Part shown: positions 45,869-54,954 of the stretch, piece after piece | Layout of the letters: every line of letters starts with the position of its first letter | Numbering within the stretch: the stretch's first letter is position 1 | Source: a virus | Taxonomy: Duplodnaviria > Caudoviricetes | IMG/VR virus record: IMGVR_UViG_3300037418_000840 | Direction: 5' to 3' (one strand) | DNA length: 64,000 nucleotides | Program-made: the position numbers and the translations under genes | Notes under the pieces: generated by a model | What the model saw: the letters and a program-made list of their open reading frames with translations, nothing else | Told to the model about the DNA's origin: nothing | The model's database searches: none

Positions 45869-45885
45869 TTCATTAAGGATCTAGC

Positions 45886-46104
45886 ATGTCTAACAACACG
45901 TTGCAAAGATCGCAATCAGCAATCAAGACACTGAGCGAAACCGTACAGCGTGCTTATGCTCACGCTAGGTCACTGGGCTACACAGGATCATCGCTTGAGT
46001 ACGCGATGCTGATCCTACCGGAGGACACGCTTGTTACGGACAACACTGGATACTCGGGCACGCTGCGAGACACTCCTTCGATTAGTGAACTGTTGAACAT
46101 CTAG
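45886..46104 (+). CDS. hypothetical protein
   Basis: AAGGA RBS. Confidence 0.5.
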   Translation: MSNNTLQRSQSAIKTLSETVQRAYAHARSLGYTGSSLEYAMLILPEDTLVTDNTGYSGTLRDTPSISELLNI

Positions 46105-46241
46105 TTTTGAGCAGCACCAAGTCCTGCACGAGCGCAGGCGATTGACAGCGGTCAACGGTGAAGCCCGCGCGTTGCGAAGTCACCGGATACACAAAGGAGG
46201 CTATCATGCGTACACATTAGGTGATCTAATGGAGGACCAGC

Positions 46242-46415
46242 ATGAAAGCAAAACGTTTCGCTCATCGAGTTCCCAACCTCGGTCCCGGTGGTTGGCGCTG
46301 TCCCTGCTGTGGCCCATCGCCACGTCATCGTCGTAAGACGCGTCAGCAGCAGCGGCGTATCTTCAGCCGATTGATCGATAAGATCGAACGCCTGGAGGCC
46401 AGCGAGGAACTCTGA
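46242..46415 (+). CDS. 57-aa basic Cys-motif protein (below ORF-track cutoff)
   Basis: GGAGG RBS; MKAKRFAHRVPNLGPGGWRCPCCG... Confidence 0.6.
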   Translation: MKAKRFAHRVPNLGPGGWRCPCCGPSPRHRRKTRQQQRRIFSRLIDKIERLEASEEL

Positions 46416-46442
46416 TCGAGTGAACCAGACAAGGAGTCCTAA

Positions 46443-46601
46443 GTGTCGACCAAGCGTGATCGTCTTTTGTCAGGTCTGTTCTTTGGCCTGTTGACTGCTG
46501 TTGGTCTTGCCCTCGTAGTCTTCCTTTCGATGGTCAATATCCTTCGTTGGGAAGATTGTCGCGCGCACTACAGCTTCAGCTACTGCTTGTTCATGCGTTA
46601 G
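46443..46601 (+). CDS. 52-aa membrane protein (below ORF-track cutoff)
   Basis: AAGGAG RBS, GTG start, one TM helix. Confidence 0.55.
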   Translation: MSTKRDRLLSGLFFGLLTAVGLALVVFLSMVNILRWEDCRAHYSFSYCLFMR

Positions 46602-46980
46602 GACCCGATCGATATTGGGCACGGGACTGTGTGTTACCCTACTTGGCCGTCGCAATGCTGCCCGTGGCGCGACGAGAAGTGCCGGTTCTTTAAATGATCG
46701 GAAGTTAGAATGTTCTAGTATCCGCCTCGCCTCGTCGAGCGCGGCGGCGTCGCCCTTCGGGTTCGTCGCCGCCGCGCCACAGCCGCTAGTCTCGCGTAGT
46801 GCGTCGTCGACGCGCTCAGTCACAACGACAGCGGCATCCAGGCATTTCGGCAGCGGCCGACCCGGCGGACCTAGCGTCTAGCCTCCTGCGCGGACCCCGC
46901 CGTCGCAGGGGAGTGGACGTTATCTAGTTGCATCAATCATTAGGTGTATAGACGTATAGACAACCAAGACGGGTACCATC

Positions 46981-47814
46981 ATGGCACGACTCCCACGGCT
47001 CTACATTCCTGGTCAGGCACAGTACGTCATCCTGCAAACGATAGACGAACGTCCCGCATTCGTGAACGATTCCGACTACGAATTCTTCCTCGAATGTGTT
47101 CGAGACGCTGTGCCGGTGGCAGACATAGCAATTCATGCGTATGCTCTTCTGCCAAACGCCGTTCATATGATGGTCACACCTTCGACTGAGACGTGTCTGC
47201 CGCTATTCATGCAGACTGTAGGTCGTCGTTACGTGGCGCGTTTCAATCGCGAACACGGTCGGAGAGGCACCATCTGGGCAGGTCGTTATCGTGCGACGGC
47301 CATCGAGGGATCTTCGTGGGGTATCTTCGCCTATCAGTACATCGACAAGCTAGTGCCTCGTTCCGAGGCCACAGCCTTGAAGTCGACCCTTGGTCTTCAC
47401 ATAGGGATCGAAGGATCAACGTTCGTAGTTCATCGTCCAGAATATTGGGCGCTTGGAAATACGCCGTTCGATCGTCAACACGTATATCGCCTTATGTGCG
47501 ATCAGGAACTCGATCCGACTCGCATCGAACTGCTGATCGATGCGGCTACACGCGGCTGGGCTCTTGGTAGTCCTGAGTATCTAGCCTGGGCCGCCACGGT
47601 CGCCAATCGTCGAATCGGCAAGATGAAGCGCGGTCGCCCACGCAAAGATGGAACTCCGCGACAAGTTGACGTTCGTACAGTAGCGAAATCCAACGCTCCG
47701 GCTGTGTCAACGGTTAATCCGTCAACAACAGAGCAAGCACCCCGCGTTTTGAGCGTTCCAACTGTGTGGCCCACTTTCCCTTCTCTCCATGGACAATCAA
47801 ATGACGATCAGTAA
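46981..47814 (+). CDS. RAYT/Y1-type transposase homologue with degenerate HUH motif
   Basis: MARLPRL, HAY.L.PNAVH, MQTVGRRYV..FN, G..W.GRY, YWALGNTPF, RGRPRK. Confidence 0.8.
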   Translation: MARLPRLYIPGQAQYVILQTIDERPAFVNDSDYEFFLECVRDAVPVADIAIHAYALLPNAVHMMVTPSTETCLPLFMQTVGRRYVARFNREHGRRGTIWAGRYRATAIEGSSWGIFAYQYIDKLVPRSEATALKSTLGLHIGIEGSTFVVHRPEYWALGNTPFDRQHVYRLMCDQELDPTRIELLIDAATRGWALGSPEYLAWAATVANRRIGKMKRGRPRKDGTPRQVDVRTVAKSNAPAVSTVNPSTTEQAPRVLSVPTVWPTFPSLHGQSNDDQ

Positions 47815-48142
47815 AGACGAAGCCGAATTCGAACTTGAGGTTCAGAATCGTGGACTCAACGCACCGCGACTGACCCCCGAAGCGATCGACGCCATGATCG
47901 TAGGCGAGAAGTATTTCGTCGACGAAACGTTCGTCATCTGCGTTCTTACGTTGCAAAACGGTCACAAGGTTGTGGGGACCAGCCGTCCGGTTTCCGACGC
48001 CAACTTCCGAGAAGATCTCGGTCGTGCCAATGCCCGCAAGAAGGCACGAGAAGATATCTGGGAACTCGCCGGCTACGGATTGCGATTGCAGTTGCAGCAC
48101 GCCAAAGAAGTGGACGCGTTGATCGCACGTGGTCCGCGTTGA
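47801..48142 (+). CDS. N4 Gp49/Sf6 gp66-family protein
   Basis: APRLTPE.ID...ICVLTLQNG..VVG.S..VS..NF...LG...A...IW.L.GY.L. Confidence 0.75.
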   Translation: MTISKDEAEFELEVQNRGLNAPRLTPEAIDAMIVGEKYFVDETFVICVLTLQNGHKVVGTSRPVSDANFREDLGRANARKKAREDIWELAGYGLRLQLQHAKEVDALIARGPR

Positions 48143-48192
48143 TCGCACGTGGCCCTGGCGGCTAACGACCCCTGTTCAAGTAGTAAATAGTG

Positions 48193-48228
48193 AGCGCCAC
48201 GCCCGTTTGGGTCTGGCGCTTTCTTTTT
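48193..48228 (+). terminator. intrinsic terminator
   Basis: AGCGCCA/TGGCGCT stem + TTCTTTTT. Confidence 0.65.
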
Positions 48229-48250
48229 GACTTTCCTTGAGAGGTCGTAC

Positions 48251-49360
48251 ATGGGTTGGACTGATAAGGTGTACAAGACACGTGACGAAGAGTTCGTCGA
48301 CGAACTCTCCCTTCTGTACGAAATCATCGCAAAGACGGAGGATCCCGCTGCGAAGTCGATCCTTCATCGAATCAGCAGCCGCATCACTCGATTGAAGATG
48401 CGCTACGCACGAACGACACCGGGCCGTCGTGCTGATCCGCGTGACGATCTTACAATGCCCGAAGGATTTCTTCCCAATGAAGATGGAACATTCCGTGGTG
48501 TTCCTCCGTGGGCGATGCGTGAAGCAAACATGCTGTGCGCATCATTGACCGGCAATCGTTCCTATGACGTGCCTCTTGTTGGCGAAACATTGGCCGACGT
48601 GTTTGACGCACGCATGAACGAAATCCTCAACAGCGTGCGCGAATCGTTGACCGGCGTCTTCGTCGAGCAACGCAAAGAACGAATGGTGACCCACGAGCAG
48701 CTGAACACGCCGCTCGACGCAGCGGCTCGTCTTCAATCAGGTGAGTTCAACACCAAGAAATTTGTCGACGAATTCAAGGCTGCGGCACGCCCTACGAAGG
48801 GTCTTAACTTCCCATGTCCGATCTGCAACGGCGTCGAAGGTTGTGATCACTCGGTGCCAGAACGTCTACGTGCCGTAGTCCAACTCGAAGTATCTGCCGA
48901 AGTGGCTGACAAGATCAAAGACGGACGGCTTCCTGAGGTCAGCATCGGTGCCGTAGTCAGTAATGAGGCCGATCCGCATAAGCAAGATGCGAAACGCCTG
49001 TCATCTGATGACAAAGACCTGCTAGGTTTCTTCCTGTCGGTCAAAGACGTGAACATGCTTCAAGTTGGAACTGTTCTGAAGACGATTGACCAGGCGAAGA
49101 CTGCGCATCACACGGACATCAAGCTACGGATCGACGGCGCTGACTACTTCCAAGAAGGCGACTGGGTCAAACATCTGAAACCCGTGCGTACTGATCGAGC
49201 GATGGCCGACGAAGCTACACTGGCGTTTCTCAAGCGATCATCCAAATTGCCTGACGATTTGGAGGTCGATTGGACTGCCACTCGTTCGTATCGATTCTCT
49301 GAATGGCGAACGCACGTAGTCAACGCCATTTCGGTCTTTTTGGGAGTAACCAAGCGATGA
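48251..49360 (+). CDS. hypothetical protein
   Basis: about 370 aa; contains CPICNGVEGCDH. Confidence 0.65.
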   Translation: MGWTDKVYKTRDEEFVDELSLLYEIIAKTEDPAAKSILHRISSRITRLKMRYARTTPGRRADPRDDLTMPEGFLPNEDGTFRGVPPWAMREANMLCASLTGNRSYDVPLVGETLADVFDARMNEILNSVRESLTGVFVEQRKERMVTHEQLNTPLDAAARLQSGEFNTKKFVDEFKAAARPTKGLNFPCPICNGVEGCDHSVPERLRAVVQLEVSAEVADKIKDGRLPEVSIGAVVSNEADPHKQDAKRLSSDDKDLLGFFLSVKDVNMLQVGTVLKTIDQAKTAHHTDIKLRIDGADYFQEGDWVKHLKPVRTDRAMADEATLAFLKRSSKLPDDLEVDWTATRSYRFSEWRTHVVNAISVFLGVTKR

Positions 49361-49554
49361 CCTTCGAAACCACAAAGGCTGATGAAGCCCTTCGCGAAGC
49401 CAAGCAGCATATCGATACGGCGATCAAGCTCATGTCTGGTATCGTCGTCGATCAAGTACCGGGGACCAGCAACTGGACTTCGGTGTACCGCAGTCGTATC
49501 CGGAACGGCATGAACAAGCTGATTGACGTCCGGGAAGAGCTCAACAACCCCTGA
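49357..49554 (+). CDS. hypothetical protein
   Basis: ATGA coupling. Confidence 0.5.
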   Translation: MTFETTKADEALREAKQHIDTAIKLMSGIVVDQVPGTSNWTSVYRSRIRNGMNKLIDVREELNNP

Positions 49555-49565
49555 GGAACTGACAA

Positions 49566-49871
49566 ATGGCATTTACCGCAAAATTCAAGAAGTTCGTGGC
49601 CCTACTCGCCGTGACGGGTGGCGTATGCTACGGAGTCTACTACATGAAGACTCACAAGAAGCCGATCGACGCCGAAGCGCAGACGGCGACAGCATCCCAA
49701 GCGGACACGGCGGCGCAATCGGTGGTTCCTACACCATCGCCAGTTCCCCAATCGTCAGCCGTGCATGAGGCTGAGCCGGCTCCTACACAATCGACACCGG
49801 TGCAGCAGTCCCAGAGTGATCCGTCGCAAGATCGTGGAATGAAGTTCTTGCTCGACCAGGGAAAGAAGTGA
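49566..49871 (+). CDS. membrane-anchored Pro/Gln-rich protein
   Basis: N-terminal TM then low-complexity linker. Confidence 0.6.
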   Translation: MAFTAKFKKFVALLAVTGGVCYGVYYMKTHKKPIDAEAQTATASQADTAAQSVVPTPSPVPQSSAVHEAEPAPTQSTPVQQSQSDPSQDRGMKFLLDQGKK

Positions 49872-50518
49872 TGGCTACCCTGTACCAACACATGACGGCC
49901 CACGCACGAATCATCGACTATGCGGCCCAGCGCAGGCACGAAATCGACAAGCAGATCGAACAGCTCAAGCTGGAACGCGAGATGTTCGACGAGGTAAGTC
50001 GCGTCTATTCGTCGATGGTGTGCCCCACTTGCAATGGGCAAGGCAACATCATGAAGGCGATCGATGGTTGCGAATGCGACGGGCCGCGCCAACACGTCTG
50101 TCCATCGTGTAATGGTTGCCGCACCCGAACGGCTTTCGATGCGCTCAAGTCCAATCCCAGCATGAAGGAATTCCTGAAGGACGTAGTGGGTGTTGTCGAA
50201 GCCACGTCTTACGAGAAATTATGTCTATGGAGTGAATGGACTACGGAAAAGAAGAAGTCCTGGATTCAAGGCTCCAGTGGCTACCTGCCGACTATCGGTA
50301 AGCTAGATGGCCGCCCAATAGTACTGAGTTTACTGATTCACATAGTGGACGGCTATCCAATCCTTTTCATGGAGCCTACCAGTCAAGTGATAGACCACAA
50401 GATGGTCGAAGACTGGTTAAAACTTCATCTGCCAAAGACAGCCTTTCAGTCGAATGGTGAGTACGTCAACAAGGTTGACGCGATGAATTTCCACAACGTT
50501 TTTCCTTCAAGGGGTTGA
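49868..50518 (+). CDS. protein with DnaJ-type CxxCxGxG zinc motifs
   Basis: CPTCNGQG, CPSCNG. Confidence 0.6.
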   Translation: MMATLYQHMTAHARIIDYAAQRRHEIDKQIEQLKLEREMFDEVSRVYSSMVCPTCNGQGNIMKAIDGCECDGPRQHVCPSCNGCRTRTAFDALKSNPSMKEFLKDVVGVVEATSYEKLCLWSEWTTEKKKSWIQGSSGYLPTIGKLDGRPIVLSLLIHIVDGYPILFMEPTSQVIDHKMVEDWLKLHLPKTAFQSNGEYVNKVDAMNFHNVFPSRG

Positions 50519-50521
50519 ACA

Positions 50522-51436
50522 ATGAATTTCACATTCTGCTGGGGTAAGCGTTTCACACAGGCCGCGTTCATAGCATGGATGGCTCACACGTCAGCGATCG
50601 CGGCACCTGTCGGCATCGCATCGGGCCAGCCTTCTGGTACGAACTATCCGATGGCGGCTGACATTGCGCGCGTGTGCTCGACTCCGCAGTCGCCGATTCA
50701 CAACGTTGTTAGCGACGGTTCGCTCGACAATCTCGCCAAGGTCTACGGCGATAAGAACGTCCAGTACGGTATCGTCCAGACCGATGCCCTGATGTACCAA
50801 CAGGGTGTCGATCCGAAGATGATGGACCGCATTCAAATGGTATTTCCCTTCTTCTCGTCGGAGATCCATTTGATTGTCCGTGCGAATTCGTCCATCCAGT
50901 CCTTGAACGATTTGGCAGGCAAACGCGTGGACGAAGACGTGGAGGGCAGTGGTTCTTGGGTCAGTGTCCAGGTCATCAAGTCATTGACCAGTCTACATTG
51001 GAACGCGGTCAACATGCAGCAGGCTGACGGCCTTCGCGCAGTTGAATCGGGTGCGGTCGACGCTATGTTCGTCAACGCGGGCCGCCCGATCAGCATGTTG
51101 ACCAGCGCGTCAGGTGTCCGCCTCGTATCGATCAGCAATCCGAAGCTCGACGCGTTTGGCCTCTATACGAGATCGGTGATTCCGAGCGGCAGCTATCCGT
51201 TTCAGACACAGTCGATCACCACGTACAAGACGGGTAACGTCCTGGTCACATACGCGTTCAAGAATCAGTATCAGAAGGAGATCGGCGAGCTCGTGTCGTG
51301 TGTGATGCACAAACTACCTGAGCTCCAACAGACGGGGCACCAGAAGTGGAAGAACGTGGACCCGACGGATATCGAACGCATCAAGTGGCAAGTGCATCCG
51401 GCAGCATTGGCAGCCATCAGACGAGGATCCAAATGA
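50522..51436 (+). CDS. TAXI-family TRAP solute-binding protein
   Basis: signal-like N-terminus, IASGQPSGTNY, DGSLDN, GIVQTDAL, EIHLIVR. Confidence 0.8.
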   Translation: MNFTFCWGKRFTQAAFIAWMAHTSAIAAPVGIASGQPSGTNYPMAADIARVCSTPQSPIHNVVSDGSLDNLAKVYGDKNVQYGIVQTDALMYQQGVDPKMMDRIQMVFPFFSSEIHLIVRANSSIQSLNDLAGKRVDEDVEGSGSWVSVQVIKSLTSLHWNAVNMQQADGLRAVESGAVDAMFVNAGRPISMLTSASGVRLVSISNPKLDAFGLYTRSVIPSGSYPFQTQSITTYKTGNVLVTYAFKNQYQKEIGELVSCVMHKLPELQQTGHQKWKNVDPTDIERIKWQVHPAALAAIRRGSK

Positions 51437-51663
51437 GACAACGCCTGACGTACACAGCGCATGACCGTCGCGAGTACGATCAGGTGTCTCGTGCAGTGTC
51501 CAAACTTGTGTCCCAGACACTTAGCAAGGAACCGGCCAAGCTCTTGCTCGGCCCCTGCATTGCCCTCGTCAATGTGAAGGTTGTCAACGTAGTCCTTGAC
51601 CACACGATGCTGACCCTCACTCTCGAATTCGTCGAAACCCCTGTCATTCACAATGGGAGCTAA
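51433..51663 (+). CDS. hypothetical protein
   Basis: ATGA coupling. Confidence 0.45.
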   Translation: MRQRLTYTAHDRREYDQVSRAVSKLVSQTLSKEPAKLLLGPCIALVNVKVVNVVLDHTMLTLTLEFVETPVIHNGS

Positions 51664-51759
51664 CATGGGTCCTGCCATGATTCTGTTCAACATCCTTGCC
51701 GGGATAATTCGCACCATCCTGGCCCCGTTCTTTGGTGTATTTCCTGTCTAGGTGAAGCC

Positions 51760-52077
51760 ATGGAACCTAAGATCGTAGCCGCTAAGGAAAAGGTACGACG
51801 GGCTGAAGCTGAACTACGAAGCATCATACGTGAGACGGTTCTGGCCTGTGCTCACCCGCAGATAGCTGACGATGACGGTAGTCCTCCGATGCGCATCTGC
51901 CTGAACTGTGGCCTTACCGACGAAGGGTGGGGCTGCGGTTTCCAGCGACTGACCAATGATCCGAAGTTCGTCGGCCGTATATCCCATGATGAACTGCTCA
52001 AGCTTCGTACTGTGTCAATCTGGCAGCGGAACTATGGGACACCGCTGACCGAACAGATCGATCGCTTTCCCTTCTAG
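51760..52077 (+). CDS. Cys-containing hypothetical protein
   Basis: C.H...CLNCG. Confidence 0.55.
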   Translation: MEPKIVAAKEKVRRAEAELRSIIRETVLACAHPQIADDDGSPPMRICLNCGLTDEGWGCGFQRLTNDPKFVGRISHDELLKLRTVSIWQRNYGTPLTEQIDRFPF

Positions 52078-52150
52078 GGTAGCCAGTAAATAGGCTGCGA
52101 CAGTAATCCGGCGGGATCTAAATTAGGCCGCCATCTTTAACAGGATCATC

Positions 52151-52651
52151 ATGACTAAAGTGAAGCTGGAAACCACGTCTGGTGCCATCGTTCTCGAACT
52201 GAACGACAAGGAATCGCCGAAGACCGTGGAGAACTTTCTCAACTACGTCAAGCGGGGCCATTATGACAACACACTGTTTCATCGTGCCATCCTTGGGTTC
52301 GTCATTCAGGGCGGCGGCTTCGAGCCGGGCATGGTCCAGAAGCAAACCAACTCCGCGATCCACAACGAAGCCAACAACGGGCTCAAGAACAAGAAGTTCA
52401 CTGTGGCGATGGCCCGAACGAATGATCCACATTCGGCCACGGCGCAGTTCTTCATCAATCTGAACGACAACGATTACCTGGACTTCAATGGGGAATGGCC
52501 GAGTGGCTGGGGCTACGCCGTGTTTGGCCGTGTTGTTGAAGGTGAAGACGTGGTGGAAGCGATCGGTCGATGCAAGACTGGCAGCCGTGGGTTTCATCAA
52601 GATGTTCCGGTCGACGACGTCGTAATCACCAAGGCTTCAGTCGTGGCCTAG
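52151..52651 (+). CDS. ppiB: cyclophilin-type peptidyl-prolyl isomerase
   Basis: [49 protein letters not shown]. Confidence 0.95.
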   Translation: MTKVKLETTSGAIVLELNDKESPKTVENFLNYVKRGHYDNTLFHRAILGFVIQGGGFEPGMVQKQTNSAIHNEANNGLKNKKFTVAMARTNDPHSATAQFFINLNDNDYLDFNGEWPSGWGYAVFGRVVEGEDVVEAIGRCKTGSRGFHQDVPVDDVVITKASVVA

Positions 52652-52880
52652 TCTACAGACCGACTCCGTGTCTACTAGTAAATAGTAGGCACGGTGGTAG
52701 TGTGATTCTAGTCCATTCCTCTACGTCAAGCGCTCTGTCGTATGAAGTCCGCTCGCGTTCACGGCGCGGGGCACCACGGGGCGCGATGCGCACTTCGGTG
52801 CAAGGGTTTGACGTCTGACCTCTCACATTGCGTATCATCTGGAGCATTTCCAAGTTTGGCTCCAGAGTATGGCAGAGTGC

Positions 52881-52909
52881 TTGACGTAGGGGTTGCAAAT
52901 GAATAGACT
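52881..52909 (+). promoter_or_regulatory. sigma70-type promoter
   Basis: TTGACG-17 nt-TAGACT. Confidence 0.6.
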
Positions 52910-52915
52910 GAATTT

Positions 52916-52951
52916 AAGGGAGCGTAGGCCAGTAGGTCGCGCTCCCTTTTT
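52916..52951 (+). terminator. intrinsic terminator
   Basis: AAGGGAGCG/CGCTCCCTT + TTT. Confidence 0.65.
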
Positions 52952-52995
52952 CGTATTGTAGACGGAACGCCGTGTTCCATTAACCTAGAGAGGGA

Positions 52996-53736
52996 ATGAT
53001 GTCTGACCTAGTTCTTGCCCCGTTGTCCGTTTATCAAAAGTCGCTTGCTCTCCGCACTATGAGTGCCTGGGCCTTCTATTACATCGTCGGCGATGCATTG
53101 ATCAACCAGAAACCGTTGTCAACAGTTCGTATGGGTGACGGTGAACGGATGCTCATTAACGAGTGCAAGCAACATCAGGCATTTGACGGTGGTCATTCGC
53201 TAATCGAGTTGTTTGATGAAGCGAAGCGGAAGAACATGGGGATCAACGGCATTACCCATAACGAACTGTACCGTCGTCTCCAACGGGCTGGTAACGAATG
53301 CACGTACTTCTGCCCGTCGGTATCTGGTCTGACTCAGAGTGGATACGCGCTACACCAATTCTTTGCCTATCGTGATACCTATGTCGACAACTTCTTCGTC
53401 AACATTTGGGACACTGCGTCAAAGATCGCGCTCTACCGCGCGGCCGGCAAGATCCTGCTCATCCACCGCAATGCAGAAACTGCGGACGCATTACAGATCA
53501 ACTGTCGCCGACATCTAGGCGTCGACGTGTCCTTTATTCAGATGGACGACTGGCGACAATCCGAACGCGTGGTCGAACGCGCGTGCGCGTCGGATGCCCG
53601 ACTCGTTCTCTTTGCAGCAGGACCCGCATCGAAATACATCTCGGCCGACATCGTGAACAACAGTAACAAGGTGGCACTCGATCTCGGGAACACCACCGAT
53701 CAGTGGACGCTAGCTGACTTGAACAGCCCTCGCTAG
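52996..53736 (+). CDS. GT-D-fold (DUF1792-like) glycosyltransferase
   Basis: VRMGDGE, LVLFAAGPASK, ALDLGN. Confidence 0.6.
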   Translation: MMSDLVLAPLSVYQKSLALRTMSAWAFYYIVGDALINQKPLSTVRMGDGERMLINECKQHQAFDGGHSLIELFDEAKRKNMGINGITHNELYRRLQRAGNECTYFCPSVSGLTQSGYALHQFFAYRDTYVDNFFVNIWDTASKIALYRAAGKILLIHRNAETADALQINCRRHLGVDVSFIQMDDWRQSERVVERACASDARLVLFAAGPASKYISADIVNNSNKVALDLGNTTDQWTLADLNSPR

Positions 53737-53792
53737 ACCGCGACCTGCGTCTAAATCAATCATGTAGTCTATCTTAGATTCTGGAGCATTGA

Positions 53793-54896
53793 ATGTTTCC
53801 CCTTCCGCGTGTGTTGTTTGTTCTCAAGCATATAGAGGACCCATATGGAGGATACGGCTGTGAGCCAGTTGGTCCTCCTCCAGGCCAGCCGGCCAAAAAG
53901 CCGATGTCGAGCGGTCTCTATAATAGCGCTCGCCTAGTGGCCGACATGCTTAGTCGACGCGACGTAGAGACTAAGGTCGTAACCGTAGCTGACAATTCGG
54001 AGATCCACCGTGAGCTCGTAGCCTTTGGCGCTCACGTTGTGGTCATCGAAGGTTTCTGGGTTGTGCCCGATAAGTTCGATGAACTTCGTGCTGTGTGTCC
54101 CAACGTCACGTTCGTGGTCCGCAATCACTCCGAGACTCCGTTCCTGGCCTCAGATGGTATTGCCTTTGACTGGCTCCTGCGATATGCGTCGAAACCCAAC
54201 GTTGTCGTAGCCTCGAACTCACAGCACATGCACGACGATACGCGGGCTCTCGTCGCCCAAGCGTTTCCTCAGTGGTCTGCGCTAGAACTCAACCAACGCG
54301 TGGCCTTGCTTCCGAATTACTACCCGACGGATGGTGAACACGCTTCGTGGAAGCTCAGCAATGAGTTTCTGGACATTGGGTGCTTCGGTGCCATTCGTCC
54401 TCTCAAGAACCACATGACGCAGGCTGTGGCGGCATTGCGTATGGCCGCCAAGATGGGGAAGAGCCTTCGATTCCATATCAACGCGCGTATCGAATCTGTT
54501 GCCACTGATCCCATCTTGAAGAATCTGGTCCGCCTCTTCTCTCACTATCCGAAGCACGAGCTTGTGTGCCATCCATGGGTAGACCATGCGGCCTTCCGTG
54601 ATCTGCTGAAACAGATGGACGTGGTGACTCAGGTGTCGTTCAGTGAAACGTTCAACATCGTTGCTGCTGACGCGGTGGTCCTTGGCGTGGCGACCATCAC
54701 TTCGAGTGAGGTCACGTGGGCCAGCCGTTGTTTTTATGCTGACCCAACGGATTCACTGAACATCGCAGAGATGATGGAGAAAGCACACTACCTCAAGCGT
54801 AAGGCTGGAGTGTTCAATCCAAGTCTTCGCGGTCTTCGTCATTATAACAAAGATTCGGCCCACAACTGGATAACCTTCTTGCGCCAACACGGGTAA
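53793..54896 (+). CDS. GT-B (GT4-like) glycosyltransferase
   Basis: IGCFGAIRPLKN, DVVTQVSFSETFNIVAADAVVLG. Confidence 0.75.
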   Translation: MFPLPRVLFVLKHIEDPYGGYGCEPVGPPPGQPAKKPMSSGLYNSARLVADMLSRRDVETKVVTVADNSEIHRELVAFGAHVVVIEGFWVVPDKFDELRAVCPNVTFVVRNHSETPFLASDGIAFDWLLRYASKPNVVVASNSQHMHDDTRALVAQAFPQWSALELNQRVALLPNYYPTDGEHASWKLSNEFLDIGCFGAIRPLKNHMTQAVAALRMAAKMGKSLRFHINARIESVATDPILKNLVRLFSHYPKHELVCHPWVDHAAFRDLLKQMDVVTQVSFSETFNIVAADAVVLGVATITSSEVTWASRCFYADPTDSLNIAEMMEKAHYLKRKAGVFNPSLRGLRHYNKDSAHNWITFLRQHG

Positions 54897-54954
54897 GCCT
54901 CGGGGTCCTCACTGCGTAAATAGACGGGTGAGGACCCTTTCTTTTGGAGCACCT

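Noticed and set aside
46981-47814. Active insertion sequence
   Set aside because: HUH motif is mutated, and no IS ends or second copy are visible in the window
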